NCBI GenBank assembly: GCA_000004985.1
Contig: GG738859.1
Strand: one strand, 5' to 3'
DNA from: Naegleria gruberi
Lineage: Eukaryota
Length of the DNA: 64,000 nt
The stretch's first letter is position 1, and each line of letters begins with the position of its first letter. Positions 43,567-53,486 of the stretch are shown in pieces. The notes under the pieces were generated by a model that saw nothing but the letters and a program-made list of their open reading frames with translations, made no database searches and was not told where the DNA came from. The translations under genes were made by a program, and so were the position numbers.

Positions 43567-45582
43567 ATGCAACAACAACATTACTCTTACAAACAACAAC
43601 AATTTGGAATTTTAATACTCTTAATTTTATTTATTATTAACCTTGTCGGAACTGTAAAATCACAAACCAATTCCACAGATACAATAGATTATGTTGTTAA
43701 TTGGGATAATGTTCCAACAACAGCACCAACAGTTACCAATCCACAACAAAAGTCATTTGGTTCCTGTGTTTGTGATGTAACTTTAAATCAATGTGATGTT
43801 AACTGTTGTTGTGATCCTGATTGCGCATATTCAATAGTAGAAAACTCCTTCTCAAAATGTCTGGTGCCTTACACAAAGAAGGATTTTAATTATTTGTGTG
43901 TCCAAAAAACATTAGTAACTTTTAGTAATTTGAACAATTTGAAAATTTCAACTAAGGAAGTGGTACAAGATGCTGGAACACCTCTTTTTTGTGTTTACTT
44001 TGAAGCAGGTTTGTTTTAACTTTCAACCTATTTTAACATTTTGAAAAAGCCTCTGTTGATGGGTTGTATTATGCTGTTGTTTCCGATTTGGATGCAACAT
44101 CTATTAAGAAGGTATTTGAAAAGTATGAAGCTTTAACTACTTACAGAACTAGCTACACACAAAAGTATATTTATGATGTGGCAGCTGTCAAAACAAACAC
44201 AAGAGTAACTATATTTCAAGATGGTGATAAAATTCCTTACACCATATCGGCTCCTTCAAGCAACACCTCTCAAGTAACTACAGTATCCTATTTCACTTTG
44301 CATAGAAGCTCTAATTCGGATGTTTGTGAAAAAACTTTTGTAAAATTTATGAGAAATAATGGAAAAGAAAATAAGTGTTCATGGATTCCATCAACTTTAG
44401 AAGATTTCAGAACAAAATGTCTAGGAGATTTTAGTGTGAGCTCATTTGTATCGAACTACTTTTCATATGGAGCAGCACCAGATAGCTATTCTCAATACAT
44501 AAAAGTGGAACTTTTGGAAATGATATCAGTAAGTTCAAGTGGTGCAGAAACGGTTCTCTCAACCATTCCAACAACTACCTATGCCTCCCAAACTTGCACA
44601 AATGCTGTAATTGGAGCAAAATATTATTTTGTTTTTACTAGTTCAGGATCAATTTCAAAAGCTTACGTTACCTTAAGAGTCAAAACTCTGGTCAATCCTT
44701 CATTTGTTGAATTGAAATCACAAGTGAACTATATCAATGGGGTACGTTTAAATTTTATGGCTTTTTTCTAACAATAATTCTCAGACTATTTCAGATTTCA
44801 GACAGGGTGTAATCAAACCAAAGAGTGGTAATCCAGGTTATATTCGTAAAAAGCCTGTACTTGCTGGTTACATGGTAACAAACTCGGTAAAGAATGCTAT
44901 CTATCAACACTACTTGGGTCTGACTGCACCAACTGGATATGATTGCAGCTCCAAGAGTAGTATTCTGTTTGATGTGGATGCTGTATTTTCGTGCAGTTTC
45001 ACTTACACTCTTTCACAATTGAAAGCAGCATGTTTGTCAAATACATTTTCCCAATTAGAATCAAATGCCACATATGTAGGAAGATATGGTAATGCTGACT
45101 ATACAAATACTAACGATTGGGTAGCCATAGTAGAAGATTCCAAACCAAGCTCTGTAAGTATTTTTCATATTGTAAATAGTATTAACCCTCATCTAAAGAC
45201 ATGGGACGAACTTACACAAACATGTAATAACATTGCGGCAGGAATCGAATATCAAATTGTTATATCCAAGTCGGGTTCTGTTCAAAACGAGCAATGGAAA
45301 GTGCAAGGCATACAAAGATCTCGTTACTCTCTCACTTGGACCTTCAGTGGGGACAATACGAAAACAAACACTTTTTGGATTGAAACCAGAGTGAAATATG
45401 TAAGAACTGAAAATCAAGAAACCATCCAAAAGAATTATCCAGCTCCTAACTTTTTACCATTCCTTCCAGAAGATGTTTTCTATCCGTTCTCACTCCTCTT
45501 ATCATCCTCTTCTCAACCATATCACTTGATTTCTCTTCTTCCTTTCCTCCTTGTTTCTATTGTTTCAATTTTAGTTTTGTAA
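43567..45582 (+). CDS. Tectonic-like ciliary transition-zone protein (signal peptide, Cys-rich N-terminal motif, C-terminal hydrophobic anchor), about 3 exons
   Basis: Exon 1 is 43567-44008 and carries the tectonic signature CVCDVTLNQCDVNCCCDPDC. Intron is 44009-44049 (GTTTGT, 41 nt). Exon 2 is 44050-44741. Exon 3 runs about 44785-45582 and ends in a hydrophobic tail (LISLLPFLLVSIVSILVL). Confidence 0.6.
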
Positions 45583-45704
45583 ATGGAAATATGCAAATTC
45601 TCTTTCTTTCCATTCAGAATGTTAGTGCTGCAATTCACAGCCTCTCAATTACACTCCCAACACATTCTTCTGCTATTCGATAGAAACTTGGAATTCAAAA
45701 AAAA

Positions 45705-47600
45705 ATGCCAAGTGATGAACGTGAAGGAAAATACTCATCAACCAACGAGGTAGATAATAACCACTCTGATGAAGTAGAAAATAAATCAAAAATTCCAAAG
45801 TATGACAATGATGAACAAAACCCTTCATCAAATGTAAAAGAATTGGCGGAAAGAGGTAAAAACAAAGTTCTTGAAATGATGATGAAAATGGGCTATAAGG
45901 AAGGAGAAGGTTTAGGTAAATTCGGTCAAGGAAATGCCTCCGTCGTCAATCCACAGGTAAATACAGGTAGAGGAGGTCTCGGAACAATTGATGAAACCTC
46001 TAACTTGTCGAATGTTGTCGAAAGTAGTGATGGAACTTATAAATTACCTTCAAATTTTCAAGTTCAAAGACATGAAGCTGATCCAAAGATTTATAGTCAT
46101 AAGGAAGAATTTGAATGGATTGCATGCAAGGAGGAAAATAGAAAAATCTACTCTGGACCAAATGATCCAATTTACAAAATTGTCAAACCAGAGAGTGATA
46201 ATTTGGATCCATCCAAAATGGCACCAAACGATGCTAATGAAGGACAAAATCCATTCATTGATCCTGAAATTATGAAATCCATTTTCAAAACAAAAGCAGA
46301 CTTTGATGATTTACCACCGAAAATATTCCTCGATGCAAGATTGAGATCTAATCCATATGAAAAAATTGGTAAATCAATCTTTCAAAATAGAGCTGCTGTA
46401 AAATTGGCTAATATTGATTTAGTAACAGATTTGACCAGTGAAACATCCTTGCCAAGACTTGTAGAAGAAAATGGCGTTCTCTATTTTGCAGATATTTGTG
46501 CTGGTCCAGGTGGTTTTACAGAATATTTATACTATAGATATAAAACCTCTAAAGCTAAGGGTTGGGGTTTCACGCTTAAGAATGATAAGGATGATTGGAA
46601 GTTGGAAAAATTCAATAATGAATCTCCATGTTCAAACTTTGAGTTAAATTATGGTGTGGATGGCACAGGTGACATTACCAAAAATGAAAATATGCTTTGT
46701 CTTGATGATGCTGTAAATAGAGGAACAAATAATAGAGGATTGGCACTTGTGACTGCTGATGGAGGATTTTGTGTTGATGGTGTTGAGAACTCTCAAGAAT
46801 ACTTGACACAACAATTAGTTCTTTGCCAATTTTTGACTGCTCTTCTTACTTTGAGAAAGGGGGGATGTTTTGTTTGCAAATTATTCGATTTGAATACCTG
46901 GTTTTCTGCCTCTCTGATATATGTCATGTATCAATACTTTGAAAAGGTTACCATTTTCAAACCATTTTCATCGAGACCAGCAAACTCTGAAAGATACATT
47001 GTTTGCAAGGGAATGACAGAAAGAAAGCCTGAAATTATCAAGTTTCTTCTCCAAGCCAATACCAGACTTTCTGAACGGAAACCAATCAAATCACTTGTTG
47101 ATTGTGATGTAATGACTTCTGATAAGGAATTTGCTCAATTTATGACCACCTCTAATAATACCTTCTCAGAAAATCAAGATTATAATTTGAAACGATTGAA
47201 AATGGCAATTGAAGATAGGTATATTGATATTAAGGATCTTCAATACCAACTTCAACAATCATGTCTAAAAGAGTGGAATTTACCTGAATCAAGATCCAGA
47301 TCGTATAATAAGAGATCTTATGATAATTATAGAGGTAATAGGTCATATGACAGAGACAGGAATTATAGTGGTGGACGTGGAGGTTATGGTGGAAATCGTG
47401 ATAACAACAGATATGATAACAGAAATAATGATAGCAGATATGATAGACATGACAGAAGGGATAACAATGATTATTACAACAATAATGGTAGAAGCAATAA
47501 TAGTCGTAACTATGGAAGAGTAAATAATCATGACGACAGATATGAAAGAAGAGATTCCCATCATTCAAATTCATACAGAAATGACAGACATTACAGATAA
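45705..47600 (+). CDS. CMTR1: Cap-specific mRNA (nucleoside-2'-O)-methyltransferase 1 (CMTR1-like): G-patch plus RrmJ/FtsJ domain plus RD/RS/N/Y-rich tail
   Basis: G-patch MMKMGYKEGEGLGKFGQG. FtsJ motifs RAAVKLANID, FADICAGPGGFTEY, LVTADGG, CKLFD (K-D-K-E tetrad context). The C-terminal about 100 aa are RSYDRDRNYSGGRGGYGGNRDNNRYDNRNND low complexity. Confidence 0.8.
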   Translation: MPSDEREGKYSSTNEVDNNHSDEVENKSKIPKYDNDEQNPSSNVKELAERGKNKVLEMMMKMGYKEGEGLGKFGQGNASVVNPQVNTGRGGLGTIDETSNLSNVVESSDGTYKLPSNFQVQRHEADPKIYSHKEEFEWIACKEENRKIYSGPNDPIYKIVKPESDNLDPSKMAPNDANEGQNPFIDPEIMKSIFKTKADFDDLPPKIFLDARLRSNPYEKIGKSIFQNRAAVKLANIDLVTDLTSETSLPRLVEENGVLYFADICAGPGGFTEYLYYRYKTSKAKGWGFTLKNDKDDWKLEKFNNESPCSNFELNYGVDGTGDITKNENMLCLDDAVNRGTNNRGLALVTADGGFCVDGVENSQEYLTQQLVLCQFLTALLTLRKGGCFVCKLFDLNTWFSASLIYVMYQYFEKVTIFKPFSSRPANSERYIVCKGMTERKPEIIKFLLQANTRLSERKPIKSLVDCDVMTSDKEFAQFMTTSNNTFSENQDYNLKRLKMAIEDRYIDIKDLQYQLQQSCLKEWNLPESRSRSYNKRSYDNYRGNRSYDRDRNYSGGRGGYGGNRDNNRYDNRNNDSRYDRHDRRDNNDYYNNNGRSNNSRNYGRVNNHDDRYERRDSHHSNSYRNDRHYR

Positions 47601-47846
47601 ATTTACCTACTCAACCTTTTAAATGAAGTTTCTCTTGCCCTACAATGTTCATTTACAGTTTTCCAATCAATCACCATAGTCCTCTTCATCAAATAAATTA
47701 ATAATAATTTAATATTTAATTATTACTGTTATTGTTTATTATATTGTTCAAAGGAAAAAAGCAAGAAATGCCCAAGATTTATTTGTAAAGACCGTAAGAT
47801 GTGATCGGGAAGGAAGTAATTATGGTGTGTGGATAGAAGATTATGT

Positions 47847-48473
47847 TTACATTTCATATTCAGCAGCTTCCAATGTAGACAACAATGGTTCTAGGAGTTC
47901 CAAACCAATTTCAGCTTGACCTCTAACAGCATTGTCTCTGCTCTTCAGCAATTCCTTTTGAGCTTCAACTTCACGTCTAACGAGATTGACATCCAATTCA
48001 TCAAGTTTGTATGCTTCAGACAAGTTCAATTGAACAAAACCGTGATAGTAAACAAAAGCGAAACCACCAGCACTGAACCATTTAACAGTCTTTTCATCGT
48101 TATATTTGATTTTGATAAGTCCAGGATTAATTCTCATAACTTGAGTTCTGTGGTTAGGGAAGATACCATAGTCACCGAATTCAACAGTGGAGAGAGAAAT
48201 GTCATCAACTTTATCACTTCTGATGATGTAACTGTTGTTTGTACAGAGAGTGAGGGTAAGTTTTTTAGTTTGGATGGCTTCAGTCAAATCATCAGGGAGT
48301 GATTTAACGAAACGATTTGGAATGTAAGAAAAGGCATCTTCAATTTCTTGTTTATCCTTCTTCTTTTCAGAGGCGAAACGCTTTACAACATTGTTGCAAG
48401 CAACAGCCAAAATTTTCTTTGATGATTGGTTGTTGTTAACTCTGAGGAGTGGCTTGGTGATGTTCTTGAGCAT
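47847..48473 (-). CDS. ATP5D: Mitochondrial F1-ATP synthase delta subunit (homologue of bacterial epsilon) with presequence
   Basis: 208 aa. LSTVEFGDYGIFPNHRTQVMRINPGLIKIK...FSAGGFAFVYYHGFVQLNLSEAYKLDELD...AQKELLKS...AVRGQAEIGLELLE aligns with the ATP synthase delta/epsilon family. The N-terminus is basic. Confidence 0.75.
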   Translation of the reverse strand: MLKNITKPLLRVNNNQSSKKILAVACNNVVKRFASEKKKDKQEIEDAFSYIPNRFVKSLPDDLTEAIQTKKLTLTLCTNNSYIIRSDKVDDISLSTVEFGDYGIFPNHRTQVMRINPGLIKIKYNDEKTVKWFSAGGFAFVYYHGFVQLNLSEAYKLDELDVNLVRREVEAQKELLKSRDNAVRGQAEIGLELLEPLLSTLEAAEYEM

Positions 48474-48711
48474 TTTTTTCGATTTTTTAGCGCACAGGTT
48501 AGTTTACAAAATGGACACAAAAATGAGGTTTTTTATTAATATTTTCTCTCATTCACCATCATCATGTAGAATATTATTACTTTAATTTAAATAATAATAT
48601 TATTACAAATAGATGTACATGATGAAACTCTTGGTAAAAGAAGCCTCGGGTGAGCAATCTTGTTCATTTATTATGATGGTAATCTTTTTCTTCATCGCAA
48701 AGCTGAAAAAA

Positions 48712-50074
48712 ATGCCAAAGAACAAAAGGGCAGCTGCCAGTAGCAGTGGAAGTACTAGTAAACCAACCGATTCAGAGAATGGTCTTCAGCAAGGATCAAA
48801 AGTGTTATGTAAATCGCTGAGAGACAATGAATACCGTAAGTGATTGTACTAGTTGATTGTGATCATAACAACGTTGACGACGGAAATTTTTATTGTTGTA
48901 TGATGATTATGTGGTAGATATGGCCGAAATTATCGAAATTAATGAAAAGAATGCCCAATTCTATGTTCACTACATTAATTGTATGTAGATTTTTATTATA
49001 ACAGCATTCCGATCATGTCATTAAATAGTTGATAAAAGATTGGATGAATGGGTTACTATTGATCGATTCAATTTGGATGAGGATGAAAGTGTTACAAAGA
49101 GAGATGAAGATACTAGAGTGGAACGTAAATTAACGAGAAATATGAAAAGACAATATAATGAATTACATAATGTGTCAACTGAGATTGATGTAGATAATGA
49201 TCCTGTGCAAGCAGCATTGGAAAAGGAACATGAGGAATTTACCAAAGTTAAAAACATTCAAAAAATTCAATTCGGAAAATATGAAGTTGAAACATGGTAT
49301 TTCTCACCATATCCAGAAGAATACTCAATGATTGATAAATTATACATATGTGAATTTTCTTTGAAATACATGAAGAGCAGGAGAACATATGAAAGACACA
49401 GAGACAAATGTACTTTAAAACATCCACCTGGTGACGAAATATATAGAAGTGGATCTCTAAGCTTTTTTGAAGTTGACGGAAAAAAACAAAAGATTTATTG
49501 CCAAAATTTGTGCTTGTTGGCTAAATTATTTTTGGATCACAAAACTCTCTACTTTGATGTAGAACCTTTCCTTTTCTATGTACTTTGTGAATGTGACGAG
49601 GAAGGATGTCACATGGTAGGATACTTTTCAAAGGAAAAACAAAGTGCTGACGGTAATAATTTGGCTTGTATTCTGACCTTACCTCCTCATCAAAGAAAAG
49701 GTTATAGTAAGATTTTAATTGGATTTTCATATGAATTATCTAAAATTGAAGGAAAGGAAGGAACTCCAGAAAGACCATTATCCGATCTAGGTAAAATCAG
49801 TTATCGTAGTTACTGGAAGAATGTTCTTCTTGACATTTTACAGGCTCATTCAGGTATTTCAATTAAGGAAATTTGTAAAATGACAGCCATCAAACAAGAA
49901 GATGTATTGACAACTTTGCAATCACTCAATTTACTCAAGTATTGGAAAGGTCAACACATTATTTCTGTTGCCCCTAAGATTCTCGAAGAGCACATGAAAA
50001 AGCAAAAGAGAGATGAAGTTAAGATTGATCCATCTAAGATTCACTGGAGTCCATATCCACTTTCTCAACAATAA
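48712..50074 (+). CDS. MYST-family histone acetyltransferase (Esa1/Tip60/MOF-like; chromo-barrel plus MYST HAT), 3 exons
   Basis: Exons 48712-48835, 48918-48980 and 49029-50074 (introns 82 and 48 nt). Chromo-barrel [16 protein letters not shown] spans the splice junctions. HAT core: C2HC zinc finger ([21 protein letters not shown]), [18 protein letters not shown], acetyl-CoA site [17 protein letters not shown]. Confidence 0.85.
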
Positions 50075-50156
50075 ATATTTAACAATTGAGATAACAATCA
50101 TTTTGGTTAATTTTTTTTCACTCACAGAAGAATAAATTAACAAGTTTATAATTATT

Positions 50157-50891
50157 TTACACCAGTTTCACCTTTCCTTCAAAGAGTAAAGTTCTTATCA
50201 TTCTGTATTGAATGAAAAATATTGTTCCCTTAGGTAGTTCAAGTTCCAATTCATCTTCATCTTCATTGTTTGGATCAGCATTGAAAGGAGTGAGTGTCAC
50301 AGTACCTAAATCTTGTACAACTTCACAGAATAAATATTTAAACCAATCTGGTTCAACAAAAGGTACAATGTTATCCTTTCCTTGACCTTTTGAAGCAACA
50401 TCCACATTGGTTTGATTGATGAAACTATTATCGAAATAGGTAGATCTTAATTTAGAGAATTTTTGGAGGAACTTCCACTCTGAAGGTGTAACAATTTTCA
50501 AAGCTGAATGAATTTCCTCATCCGTACTTGTTTCCCAAGATAAGTCACTATTATTGATATTTTTGATTTCTGTTCTCTTTACATATTCACACAATGTTTC
50601 CAACTTGAATAGTCTTGTCCTCATCAGAGATGTTACTAAAAATTTCAATCTATTTAATTCTGTATTTCTAATAGAATATTCTTCCGTATAGACATCACTT
50701 TCCATGAGTTTTTCTTCCTCCGATTCAATCCTTGACTTGGCTCTTTCGACCATAGATTCAAGACGTTTTCCTCCAGGTAAAAGTTCGGGAGAGTTTTTTT
50801 CATTGACAAGCCAAATCCTCATATCCTCGAATACTTCGGCATCATCGCCACTCTCCATCATCAATTCGGCAGAATCTATTAGGCTTTGCAT
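50157..50891 (-). CDS. SLD5: GINS complex subunit Sld5 (GINS4)
   Basis: 244 aa. WLVNEKNSPELL, RLKFLVTSLMRTRLFKLE and the C-terminal IFFIQYRMIRTLLFEGKVKLV match the conserved Sld5 blocks. Confidence 0.75.
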   Translation of the reverse strand: MQSLIDSAELMMESGDDAEVFEDMRIWLVNEKNSPELLPGGKRLESMVERAKSRIESEEEKLMESDVYTEEYSIRNTELNRLKFLVTSLMRTRLFKLETLCEYVKRTEIKNINNSDLSWETSTDEEIHSALKIVTPSEWKFLQKFSKLRSTYFDNSFINQTNVDVASKGQGKDNIVPFVEPDWFKYLFCEVVQDLGTVTLTPFNADPNNEDEDELELELPKGTIFFIQYRMIRTLLFEGKVKLV

Positions 50892-51143
50892 TTTGTTATT
50901 ATTGTGATCTTTTTTTTATTTAATTTTTAAAATATTTTTTAACCTAGTTTTGGCGGGAATTTGGTGTTGGCATCTTTAAAATCATCTTGATTTGTGGCAA
51001 GAATATATTAATGTATTTCACAAAGTAGAACATTCAGGATTTTCATATGGGAAGCTGAAGCTATTGATTTGGTATTGAGATTTAGGAGGTTATTTTGTTT
51101 TTATTTGAGGGTAGATTGATATTTCACAAATTCATGAAGCAAA

Positions 51144-51264
51144 TGGCTACGGCCATATCACGATGAATGCACCTCATCCCGTCCGATTTGAGAAGTTAAG
51201 CATCGTCGAGCCACATCAGTACTGAGGTTGGAGACAACTTGGGAACCTGTGGTGCTGTAGTCTT
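51144..51264 (+). rRNA. 5S: 5S ribosomal RNA gene (single dispersed copy)
   Basis: GGCTACGGCCATATCACGATGAATGCACCTCATCCCGTCCGATTTGAGAAGTTAAGCATCGTCGAGCCACATCAGTACTGAGGTTGGAGACAACTTGGGAACCTGTGGTGCTGTAGTC matches the eukaryotic 5S consensus. Helix I closes between GGCUAC and GUAGUC. A T6 Pol III terminator follows. Confidence 0.85.
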
Positions 51265-51268
51265 TTTT
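51263..51268 (+). terminator. Pol III oligo-T terminator of the 5S gene
   Basis: TTTTTT immediately 3' of the 5S helix I strand. Confidence 0.5.
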
Positions 51269-51445
51269 CGTGAAATTTTTTATCTGAGTTTCCTGACCAA
51301 TGAATCTTCCAAGTGTCATTATTTCAAGAGTTTCGTTAAAATGTAAATTCATCTTTATGAGAATCATAAGAGGTCACCTCATACTGATGCTCCACTCTCA
51401 ATAAGGAGAAGAATAGATTTTATTATTGAATTATTCGTAAACTCT

Positions 51446-52096
51446 TTAGACAACTTGTTGATAGGAAGCCTTTCTTCTTCTGAGTACAAAGAAAATCAAT
51501 CCAGCACAACATCCAACACAACACAAAACTCCAATAATACCTCCAACAGATGCAACAGCAATCACAATTGCTGCAGTATTATCTTGTTGAGGAATGATGG
51601 TCAAATCAATAAAAACTCTTGCTGTGGCACCTTCATAGGATGGATTTCTCTTGACGAGAACTCTAATCTTACCCAAGTCGGTTCTTGGTAGAGTGACTAT
51701 ATTACCCTTTGATGATAGGTAGCCACTGTTTGGGAAGTAAAAGTAGAACATGTATTCTGCAATGGAAGGTGGAACATAGGCAGGGTTGGCTTTAACTTTT
51801 TCAACAAAGTCATTATATTGAGGTTCTGTTAAAAAGTAAACAGAAGCTCCATAGCCAGAGCTTGAATAATTCATTTTGAATTGATTATAGTCTGGACCTA
51901 CTTGACATTCCAATGCAATGGCATACTCATTGCTCCATGAAAATTTATAGTCCTTATCCACTGGTGTGCAAGGAGTTGCAACTTGTTGTTGTTGGCTTGT
52001 TGCAACCACAGTAGCATGTGAATTGTTCAACAAAAAGAGAATGGCAACAATTGAGAATAAGACTAAAGTGCAAGAGTTGAGTGGAGTATTCATCAA
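51446..52096 (-). CDS. Type I membrane glycoprotein of unknown family with C-terminal YQQV (paralogue 1)
   Basis: 216 aa. Signal peptide, about 150-aa ectodomain with conserved Cys (PC...ECQV), TM helix IVIAVASVGGIIGVLCCVGCC, short basic tail ending ...YQQVV-stop. Confidence 0.5.
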   Translation of the reverse strand: MMNTPLNSCTLVLFSIVAILFLLNNSHATVVATSQQQQVATPCTPVDKDYKFSWSNEYAIALECQVGPDYNQFKMNYSSSGYGASVYFLTEPQYNDFVEKVKANPAYVPPSIAEYMFYFYFPNSGYLSSKGNIVTLPRTDLGKIRVLVKRNPSYEGATARVFIDLTIIPQQDNTAAIVIAVASVGGIIGVLCCVGCCAGLIFFVLRRRKASYQQVV

Positions 52097-52631
52097 TGCA
52101 GCTTGTTTTTTTTAAGTGTTCACTTTAACACTCCGTGTAAGCAAGGTTATGAATCTTATAGGAGGTTACCATTTGAACATCATGCTAAGAATGGATATTT
52201 AAGAGATTGAATACGCAACATAAGCGTACAATTGGATCATCGAAGTAAAAAAGTGCAAAGCAACATGGTTTGAAACAGTTTACAACAAATGTCAATTCAA
52301 CTTATTAATACGACATTTCATGTTTTGAGGGAGAGTACATGAGTACATAATATCCTGTAATTGTTAGATTATTCAAAGAGACTTGGCATCTTTTTACTTG
52401 CAAGTAAAAACTTTCAAATTCATTTCTATTTAGTTTTCAAAAATTGGTTAATAGAAACTTCCTTTTCGCTTTTGAGCTTTCCAAACTATTATTCGAATCT
52501 ATAATATGTTACCAAGGATTAGTGAAATCAAACCTTTCATTGAAACCCTTTACAACGGTATAGATATTTTAAAAATAAATTTCAAAGAAGAGACGCTGCC
52601 AGATGTGTTACAAAAAGATAATAACATTCAT

Positions 52632-53297
52632 TTAAACTTGTTGATAAGCATCTGATACCATGGGTGTTGTCATTTGTTCATTGCTCATAGCAACTTTTCT
52701 TCTTTTAACCACAAACACAATGAATGCAATGGCACATGCTCCACAACACAACACTCCAATCAATCCTCCAACAACCATAACAGCAATCACAATCGATTTG
52801 GAATTGTTTTTTTGTGGAGTGATTAGCATTTCAAGATAAACACTGGATACTGAGGTTGTTGGTAAGGTTGGATTTCGTTTTACAAGAACTCTGATGGTGC
52901 CATAACCTTCATCTCTTGGCTTGGGGATGACATCACCTTTGGAAATCTTGTAGGAAGTATCAGAGTAGTAGAAGGAATGCAAAAATTCTGGCGGAAGGTA
53001 TTGTGGATTGGATTTCACATTTTCAAGAAAGGAAGAATATTGAGAATCTAATAGAACAAACACGGAAGAACCATATCCATAGGTTGAGAATGTAATTTTG
53101 AGTTCATTGCATTCAGAAGATACTTGACATTCCATTGCAATCGAATAATTGTTAGCATGTGAAAATTTAAAGGTTTCTTCCATATAACATGGTGTTGCAC
53201 TTTGACAATGAACAGTGGAGGAACTGATTAACAATAATTGGAGAGCAATCATTAACGCGAAAACCACTAACAGTAACGAATTGTTTGAAGTGTTCAT
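52632..53297 (-). CDS. Type I membrane glycoprotein, paralogue 2 of 51446-52096
   Basis: 221 aa with the same architecture. Shared blocks: MECQV, YGYGSSVF/SGYGASVYF, NPQYLPP/NPAYVPP, IRVLVKRNP, TM helix plus RRK, C-terminal ...DAYQQV-stop. Confidence 0.5.
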   Translation of the reverse strand: MNTSNNSLLLVVFALMIALQLLLISSSTVHCQSATPCYMEETFKFSHANNYSIAMECQVSSECNELKITFSTYGYGSSVFVLLDSQYSSFLENVKSNPQYLPPEFLHSFYYSDTSYKISKGDVIPKPRDEGYGTIRVLVKRNPTLPTTSVSSVYLEMLITPQKNNSKSIVIAVMVVGGLIGVLCCGACAIAFIVFVVKRRKVAMSNEQMTTPMVSDAYQQV

Positions 53298-53486
53298 AGT
53301 GTGTTTCTTTTTTTTTCTTGTTTTTATTCGATTCTCCTATTTAATCGAAAATGGACATGGTGCCCCTTTTATGAGATCATACATTCACTTATCTCTAAAA
53401 ACAAACACTTCTAAGCATTACTATCCATTGTAAAACTATCTACGAATTGAAATTTAATTAAATTTCAAATTCTGAAAAGAAAAAAA

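Noticed and set aside
45157-45184. Possible 26-nt intron (GTAAGT...AAATAG) inside the tectonic-like exon 3
   Set aside because: In-frame read-through gives a sensible peptide, and 26 nt is below every other intron size seen in the window (38 nt or more). Treated as coding.
47230-47574. Overlapping ORFs on both strands (47230-47574 -, 47320-47523 +, 47343-47564 -) rich in H/Y/C or I/V/T
   Set aside because: Artefacts of the low-complexity RD/N/Y-repeat tail of the CMTR1-like gene, which keeps alternative frames open.
51158-51367. 69-aa minus-strand ORF overlapping the 5S rRNA gene
   Set aside because: It overlaps a canonical 5S rRNA on the opposite strand, has no homology and is AT-rich. Chance ORF.
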